This document shows positions 31,536 to 36,909 of a DNA stretch of 36,909 nucleotides, in pieces; positions within the stretch are counted from its first letter, which is position 1, and each line of letters begins with the position of its first letter. The DNA is from Pseudomonadota bacterium. Its GTDB lineage: Bacteria > Verrucomicrobiota > Verrucomicrobiia > Chthoniobacterales > UBA6821. The stretch covers positions 1 through 36,909 of the forward strand of contig RFPR01000003.1 in the NCBI GenBank assembly GCA_009928265.1, in the 5' to 3' direction. Both the position numbers and the translations under genes were made by a program. A model generated the notes under the pieces. It worked only from the letters and a program-made list of their open reading frames with translations, made no database searches and had not been told where the DNA came from.

Positions 31536-31566
31536 TGGTTGCTCCCGGTTTTTCGGGAGAATCGCT

Positions 31567-31595
31567 TTGACACCATCCCCCCTGGAAACTATCCA
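31567..31595 (+). promoter_or_regulatory. Possible sigma70-type promoter for dnaN
   Basis: Perfect TTGACA, 17-bp spacer, weak -10 TATCCA. Confidence 0.3.
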
Positions 31596-31637
31596 AGGAG
31601 ATCCTCGGGATCATCCCGTGGAATCTTCCCACTTCCC

Positions 31638-32750
31638 ATGAAATTCACGGTCACCAAGCAGGCGCTCCTCGACGGACTTCAGCGCATCCAGAACATCGTC
31701 TCCAACCGGGTCACCCTGCCCGTCCTCTCCAATGTCCTCTTGGAGACAACGGACAACGGCCTGCAGTTGACCGCCACAGACCTCGAGGTCAGCGTCCGCA
31801 CAGAGACCCCGGCCACCGTCGAGAAAGCGGGATCGACCACCCTCCCCGCCAAGCGACTCTTCTCAATCATCCGAGAGCTTCCCGCCGAGGAAATCGAGAT
31901 CGAGACCGATAGCCGCAATATCGCCTCCATCCGGAGCGGCGCGAGCTTCTTCAAGGTCTTCGGTCTCCCCAAGGAGGAATATCCCGCCTTCCCCTCGCTC
32001 GAGGAAAAGCGCGGCTTCTCGATGAAGCAGTCCGACCTCAAGGATGGCCTCAAGAAGACCTCTTACGCGATCTCGCTTGACGAGACCCGCTACGTACTCA
32101 ACGGCATCCTCTTCTCGTTCCGCGACGGGCGCCTCACCCTCGTGGCGACCGATGGCCGGCGCCTTGCACTCTGCGACGCCGAACTCGGCGAGATCAAGTA
32201 CCCCGAGGGTCACGAGCGCGACTTCATCGTCCCCACCAAGGCCATCAACGAGCTCCAGCGCCTGCTCACCGATGAAAAGGAGGTCCGCCTCCATGTCGGC
32301 GACAATCTCGTCGCCCTTGACCTCGGCGGCACGGTTCTCGCCACCAAACTCGTCGACGGCACCTATCCGAATTACCGCCAGGTCATTCCCGGCGAGGCCA
32401 AGGAGCGCGTTTCCCTCGAGCGTGAGGTGCTTCTCCAATCGACGCGCCGCGTCGCCCTGCTCAGCAGCGACAAAAGCGGGTCGGTCCGCCTCAACTTCAC
32501 GAAAAACAACCTCGATATCACCTCTAACACCCCTGAGGTCGGCGAGGCGAAGGAATCACTGGCCGTGGCCTACAAGGGACGTGACCTCTCGATCGCCTTC
32601 AATCCCGAGTTCCTGATCGACCCGCTCCGCAACCTTTCCGACGATACGATCGCCCTCGAACTCATAGATGAGATGAGCCCCGGCGTCATCAAGATCAACT
32701 CGGCCCAGCGCTTCCTCTACGTGCTCATGCCGATGCGCGTCTCGGTCTGA
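31638..32750 (+). CDS. dnaN: DNA polymerase III beta clamp
   Basis: ATDLEV, TRYVLNG, VATDGRRL, YPNYRQVIP, VLMPMR. Confidence 0.97.
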   Translation: MKFTVTKQALLDGLQRIQNIVSNRVTLPVLSNVLLETTDNGLQLTATDLEVSVRTETPATVEKAGSTTLPAKRLFSIIRELPAEEIEIETDSRNIASIRSGASFFKVFGLPKEEYPAFPSLEEKRGFSMKQSDLKDGLKKTSYAISLDETRYVLNGILFSFRDGRLTLVATDGRRLALCDAELGEIKYPEGHERDFIVPTKAINELQRLLTDEKEVRLHVGDNLVALDLGGTVLATKLVDGTYPNYRQVIPGEAKERVSLEREVLLQSTRRVALLSSDKSGSVRLNFTKNNLDITSNTPEVGEAKESLAVAYKGRDLSIAFNPEFLIDPLRNLSDDTIALELIDEMSPGVIKINSAQRFLYVLMPMRVSV

Positions 32751-32751
32751 C

Positions 32752-33249
32752 GTGCCCTCAACCTCGACCACACGCCGTAGTTGGCTGACCTACTCCCTGG
32801 TGGGGGTAGCTCTTCTAATGACGGGTTGCGAGGCCCCGATCATCTACCAGACCTCGCGGGATCGGCAGGCCGTCTCCGATGCGGTCGCCTCGGAAAAGCC
32901 TGGTGACTATTACGTCGGCTACCGTTTCTATAAAGTCGACTACCATATGTGGGGTTGGGTCAAAAAGCCGGGCCAACCTTGGAAGGATTCCCAGCTCGTG
33001 ATGTTCAATGAGCAGAAGAAACTCGCCCCGGACCGCGAACGTCTCTCCATCGGCTCAGATAACAACACCGTCTACAAGCTCACCGGCTCGTTCTCCGGGC
33101 AGAAAGTCTACGAACCCGCCAGCGACAGGTTTTATCCCGAATTCGTGCTCACCGCAGCATCAGTGATGACCACCAATCCCCCGCTAATCTTTCCCGATAA
33201 GCGATGGACCGATCCCGCGATCCGCCTGATCGCCCCCCCCCAATTCTAA
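32752..33249 (+). CDS. Hypothetical lipoprotein
   Basis: Lipobox LMTGC; GTG start 1 nt after the dnaN stop. Confidence 0.75.
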   Translation: MPSTSTTRRSWLTYSLVGVALLMTGCEAPIIYQTSRDRQAVSDAVASEKPGDYYVGYRFYKVDYHMWGWVKKPGQPWKDSQLVMFNEQKKLAPDRERLSIGSDNNTVYKLTGSFSGQKVYEPASDRFYPEFVLTAASVMTTNPPLIFPDKRWTDPAIRLIAPPQF

Positions 33250-33263
33250 TACAACCCAAAACC

Positions 33264-34085
33264 ATGAAAACCTCTCCTGAGAACCCGTTTAACCTCACAG
33301 GAGAGACTGCCGTCGTCATCGGCGCCACGGGTGTCCTCGGCGGGTCACTGGCCGAGGGATTGGCTGCTGCTGGGGCCGCTGTGGCCGTCGCGGGTCGCAA
33401 CAGGGAACGGGGTGAGGAACGTGTAGCCTCCATCGTGAAGGCCGGGGGCAGGGCTCGCTTTGTAACGGTGGACGCCTCCGACCGCGTGAGTCTGGAGAAG
33501 GCTCTTGCAGAAATCACTGCGGAACTGGGCCGTCCCACGATCCTGGTGAACGCTGCTGGAGGAAACGATCCCTCGGTGACCGTCACTCCGGAGCACCCCT
33601 TTGAGTCGATCACGGAGGAGGCCTGGACTAAGAGCTTCGACACGAACCTTGTCGGCGGGGCCCTCCTTCCCTGCCAGGTGTTCGGGCCTCATATGGCGGC
33701 TAACGGGGGCGGCAGTATCATCAATATCGCGAGCGTTTCGGCGCATCTGCCCCTCTCCCGCGTGGTCGCGTACTCGGCGGCGAAGGCTGCCGTGCTCAAC
33801 CTGACCCGCTTCCTCGCCCGAGAGTGGGCGACCAAAGGGGTCCGCGTGAACTCCGTGACCCCCGGATTCTTCCCGGCGGAACAGAATCGCAAGCTGCTCT
33901 TTAACGAGGATGGCTCCCCCACGGCCCGCGCTGCCAGCATCTTGGGGCACACTCCGATGGCCCGCTTTGGTAAAGCCGAGGAACTCAACGGGGCGGTCAT
34001 CTTCCTCGCCAGCCGTGCAGCCAGCGGGTTCGTGACCGGCATTGATCTCAAGGTCGACGGCGGCTTCCTCTGCCAGACGATCTGA
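33264..34085 (+). CDS. SDR oxidoreductase, D-mannonate oxidoreductase (fructuronate reductase)-like
   Basis: GATGVLG, NAAG, YSAAK and PGFFPAEQNR.LL...HTPMARFG subfamily signature. Confidence 0.85.
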   Translation: MKTSPENPFNLTGETAVVIGATGVLGGSLAEGLAAAGAAVAVAGRNRERGEERVASIVKAGGRARFVTVDASDRVSLEKALAEITAELGRPTILVNAAGGNDPSVTVTPEHPFESITEEAWTKSFDTNLVGGALLPCQVFGPHMAANGGGSIINIASVSAHLPLSRVVAYSAAKAAVLNLTRFLAREWATKGVRVNSVTPGFFPAEQNRKLLFNEDGSPTARAASILGHTPMARFGKAEELNGAVIFLASRAASGFVTGIDLKVDGGFLCQTI

Positions 34086-34095
34086 AGACTCCGTC

Positions 34096-35355
34096 ATGGC
34101 CGCCTTCCTCACCCCCGAGCAGGTAGAGCAGATCGTCGCCAAGGGACTTCCCCGGGAGGAACTCTCTGGTAAAAAGATTCTTTTGATTGTTCCGGACGCC
34201 ACCCGGAGCTGCCCACTTGGCGATGTCTTCAAGGAGTTACATCGACAACTCTCGGGATCAGTTAAGGCCCTCGACGTGATGATCGCCCTGGGAACCCATC
34301 CCCCCATGAGCGAGGAGGCTATCTGCGAGCGGCTGGAAATCACCCGCGAGGAACGCGCTGGACACTACGCCTCCGTTCGCTTCCTCAACCATGAATGGGA
34401 TAATCCGGCCGCCTTGCGCAGGATCGGGACCCTTAGCCCTAGGGAAACCGACGAACTCTCCGGCGGCCTCTTCTCAATGGAAGTACCGGTCGACATCAAT
34501 GCCCGCCTCTTCGACTACGATGAGGTTGTCATAATCGGCCCGGTTTTCCCGCACGAGGTCGTCGGATTCTCTGGGGGGAATAAGTATCTTTTCCCGGGCG
34601 TTGCCGGTCCCGAGATTCTCAATTTCTTTCACTGGCTCGGAGCCGTGGTTACTAACCCGATGATCATCGGCCACAAGTGGACCCCGGTCCGTAAGGTTGT
34701 CGACCGGGCCGCCGCTCTCCTCTCGATCCCGAAACGCTGCCTCTGTATGGTCGTCGAGAAGGGCGGTTTGGCGGGACTCTTTGCCGGTACGCCTGAGATC
34801 GCATGGGACGAAGCCTCGGAGCTTTCGCGTAGGCTTCACATCACCTACAAGCCGAAGCCCTTCCACACCATCCTCTCGTGCGCCCCGGCGATGTATGATG
34901 AGCTTTGGGTGGGAGGGAAGTGTATGTACAAGCTCGAACCCGTGCTGGCCGACGGAGGGGAACTCATCATTTATGCCCCGCACATCCACGAGATCTCCGT
35001 GGTCCACGGGAAGCTGATCGAAGAGCTCGGCTATCATTGCCGCGACTACTTCCTCGGCCAATGGGACAGGTTCAAACACTACCCTTGGGGTATCATCGCC
35101 CACAGCACGCACGTCCGCGGCATCGGCACCTATGAGAACGGTGTCGAGAAATGCCGTGCCCGCGTGACGCTGGCCACAGGGATTCCGAAGGAGATCTGCG
35201 AAAAGATCAATATGGGCTACCGTGACCCCGCCTCGATCAATCCGGCCGATTATGCCGACCGCGAGGAAGAGGGCATCCTCCATGTACCCAAGGCGGGAGA
35301 GATGCTCTACCAGTTGGAGAATCCAGCTGCTTGGGCGGCCGGCGTCCCCGCCTGA
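34096..35355 (+). CDS. LarA-family (nickel-pincer) racemase/epimerase, probable mannonate/gluconate epimerase
   Basis: PDATR, ALGTH, PHEVVGFSGGNK, FFHW and GGK motifs; lies between an SDR and a gluconokinase. Confidence 0.82.
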   Translation: MAAFLTPEQVEQIVAKGLPREELSGKKILLIVPDATRSCPLGDVFKELHRQLSGSVKALDVMIALGTHPPMSEEAICERLEITREERAGHYASVRFLNHEWDNPAALRRIGTLSPRETDELSGGLFSMEVPVDINARLFDYDEVVIIGPVFPHEVVGFSGGNKYLFPGVAGPEILNFFHWLGAVVTNPMIIGHKWTPVRKVVDRAAALLSIPKRCLCMVVEKGGLAGLFAGTPEIAWDEASELSRRLHITYKPKPFHTILSCAPAMYDELWVGGKCMYKLEPVLADGGELIIYAPHIHEISVVHGKLIEELGYHCRDYFLGQWDRFKHYPWGIIAHSTHVRGIGTYENGVEKCRARVTLATGIPKEICEKINMGYRDPASINPADYADREEEGILHVPKAGEMLYQLENPAAWAAGVPA

Positions 35356-35364
35356 ACACGAGCC

Positions 35365-35859
35365 ATGGGACCATTTGTCGTCATGGGCGTCTCTGGCTGC
35401 GGCAAAAGCAGTATTGCCGAGAAACTGGCCAAAGCCATGGGTGGCACCTTCCTTGATGCCGACGACTTTCACCCCCCGGCCAATAAGACCAAGATGGCCT
35501 CCGGGATCCCGCTCACGGACGAGGACCGCTGGGGCTGGCTCGATACCCTTAATGAGGAGCTCAGGAAGCGTTCCGATGACAAGACCCCGACGTTCCTTGC
35601 CTGCTCCGCCCTCCGCAAGGTGTACCGCGAGCGTCTGGCGGCGGAACTTCCGTGGCTGCGTTACCTCTACCTGAAGGGTTCCAAGGAACTGATCCGCTCC
35701 CGCATGGAATCACGCAGCGACCACTTCATGCCCCCGACCCTCCTCGACAGCCAATTCGCCGCCCTTGAGGAACCGACCGAGGCCGAGGCCGCCATCATTC
35801 CGATCGATCCCCCAGTGGAGAAAATCGTGGCCGGAATCCTTGATTTGATAAGACCTTGA
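35365..35859 (+). CDS. gntK: Gluconokinase
   Basis: MGVSGCGKS, DADDFHP, LTDEDR.GWL, ACSALR, HFMP..LLDSQF. Confidence 0.93.
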   Translation: MGPFVVMGVSGCGKSSIAEKLAKAMGGTFLDADDFHPPANKTKMASGIPLTDEDRWGWLDTLNEELRKRSDDKTPTFLACSALRKVYRERLAAELPWLRYLYLKGSKELIRSRMESRSDHFMPPTLLDSQFAALEEPTEAEAAIIPIDPPVEKIVAGILDLIRP

Positions 35860-35885
35860 AGAAGTCCTAAAGGTGCGGAAGCGCC

Positions 35886-36362
35886 TCAGGAAACGCGGCT
35901 TTTTTCCAGGATCGCCGTCGTTGAGCGCCCGGGGACGAGCTGAAGGATCCGAATCTCGGCGCCCACCTCGTGGAGGGCCGCCTTCTCGCTGGGATCGAGC
36001 GTTTCTGGGGTGTAATCGCCGCCCTTGGCATAGACGGCGGGCTTCAGCAGGCGGATCACCTCGGTCACCCGCTTGCCCGTGAAGATTGTCACATGATCGA
36101 CGCAACGAAGAGCGGCCAACACCTCCGCCCGGTCGAGTTCACTATTCACAGGACGGGAGGGGCCCTTGAGTTCGCGGACCGAATCATCGGAATTCACCGC
36201 CACAACCAGTGCGTCACCGCAGCGACGGGCCTCCTCTAGATAGCGGACATGGCCGGTATGCAGGAGATCGAAGCATCCATTGGTCAGGACAAGCCGTTTC
36301 CCTGCGGCAGCGTATTCCGCCCCCAGGGCTTTCAGTGCATCAGTGGCCACTAAACGTGTCAT
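35886..36362 (-). CDS. D-glycero-beta-D-manno-heptose 1-phosphate adenylyltransferase (HldE domain II-like)
   Basis: TNGCFDLLHTGH, NSDDSV.ELKGP.RP, KGGDY, STT. Confidence 0.92.
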   Translation of the reverse strand: MTRLVATDALKALGAEYAAAGKRLVLTNGCFDLLHTGHVRYLEEARRCGDALVVAVNSDDSVRELKGPSRPVNSELDRAEVLAALRCVDHVTIFTGKRVTEVIRLLKPAVYAKGGDYTPETLDPSEKAALHEVGAEIRILQLVPGRSTTAILEKSRVS

Positions 36363-36444
36363 GCCCTTATGGGAAACCGCAGTCACGAAGGTTGAAAGAA
36401 GATTCTCCTGTTTCATCCTCCGTCCGATTCCCTAGCTTTTGTAA

Positions 36445-36909
36445 ATGCCATCCGATATCCCGTCCGCTTCCCTGTTCTCGCGCCTGTGGGCAGGGTGCGC
36501 GGCCTGCTGGCCAAGATATGCCTCGCGGGAACATTCTCCCTTTGGGGAGGACGAAGACCATGAGGAATGGCGTCTGATGGCTGTGCTGGCGGCAGGGTGC
36601 CTGATCTTTGGGATCCTGGGACTCCTCGCTGAATTCCTGAAGGCCGCCCCCTGCATTTCGGTGGCATTCTATATCCTGGCTTACCTCTGCGGCGGATGGG
36701 ACGCGGCGGGCGACGCCTGGGAGCGGATCCGCAAGGGACAACTCGACGTCCATTTCCTAATGCTTGCGGTGGCTGTCGGCGCGGCGGTCATCGGAGCTTG
36801 GCGCGAGGGGGCCCTGCTACTCTTCCTCTTCTCGGCCTCCGGGGCCATGGAGCACTTTGCGATGGGTCGCACCAAGAAGGCAATCGACGCCCTCTTCCGT
36901 GGTGCCCCC
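36445..36909 (+). CDS. Heavy-metal-translocating P1B-type ATPase (5' part, runs off the window)
   Basis: Manual translation gives MPSDIPS...AYLCGGWD...LDVHFLMLAVAVGAAVIGAW.EGALLLFLFSASGAMEHFAMGRTKKAIDAL. Confidence 0.88.
   Translation, partial: MPSDIPSASLFSRLWAGCAACWPRYASREHSPFGEDEDHEEWRLMAVLAAGCLIFGILGLLAEFLKAAPCISVAFYILAYLCGGWDAAGDAWERIRKGQLDVHFLMLAVAVGAAVIGAWREGALLLFLFSASGAMEHFAMGRTKKAIDALFRGAP

Overview
A GC-rich bacterial chromosomal window, most likely Verrucomicrobiota (Chthoniobacterales-like). This is inferred from a four-gene Verru_Chthon-type pilin cassette, a PEP-CTERM protein and an H-X9-DG-type pseudopilin. Most of it is housekeeping: a partial phosphosugar mutase, two L,D-transpeptidases, hemB, tRNA-Glu, recO, clpS, ybeY, metH, rlpA, tRNA-Gln, purF, purM, argA, dnaA-dnaN, a heptose adenylyltransferase and a partial heavy-metal ATPase. 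The best candidate for an undescribed system is a three-gene operon beside the B12-dependent metH, encoding a PEP-CTERM surface protein, a pseudopilin and a DUF6580-like membrane transporter. It has no TonB receptor and no room for a riboswitch, but is preceded by a perfect FNR-type box. It may be a pilin-assisted cobalamin capture system (inference). Other accessory signals are strong Thr-Asn enrichment in the exported pilin-cassette proteins, a Cys/Asp-repeat tail on one pilin, a LarA-type mannonate-to-gluconate shunt, an orphan UreF-like gene, an att-like scar and antisense copy behind tRNA-Glu, and a low-GC two-gene islet. Family assignments come from motif recognition by eye, not database searches.
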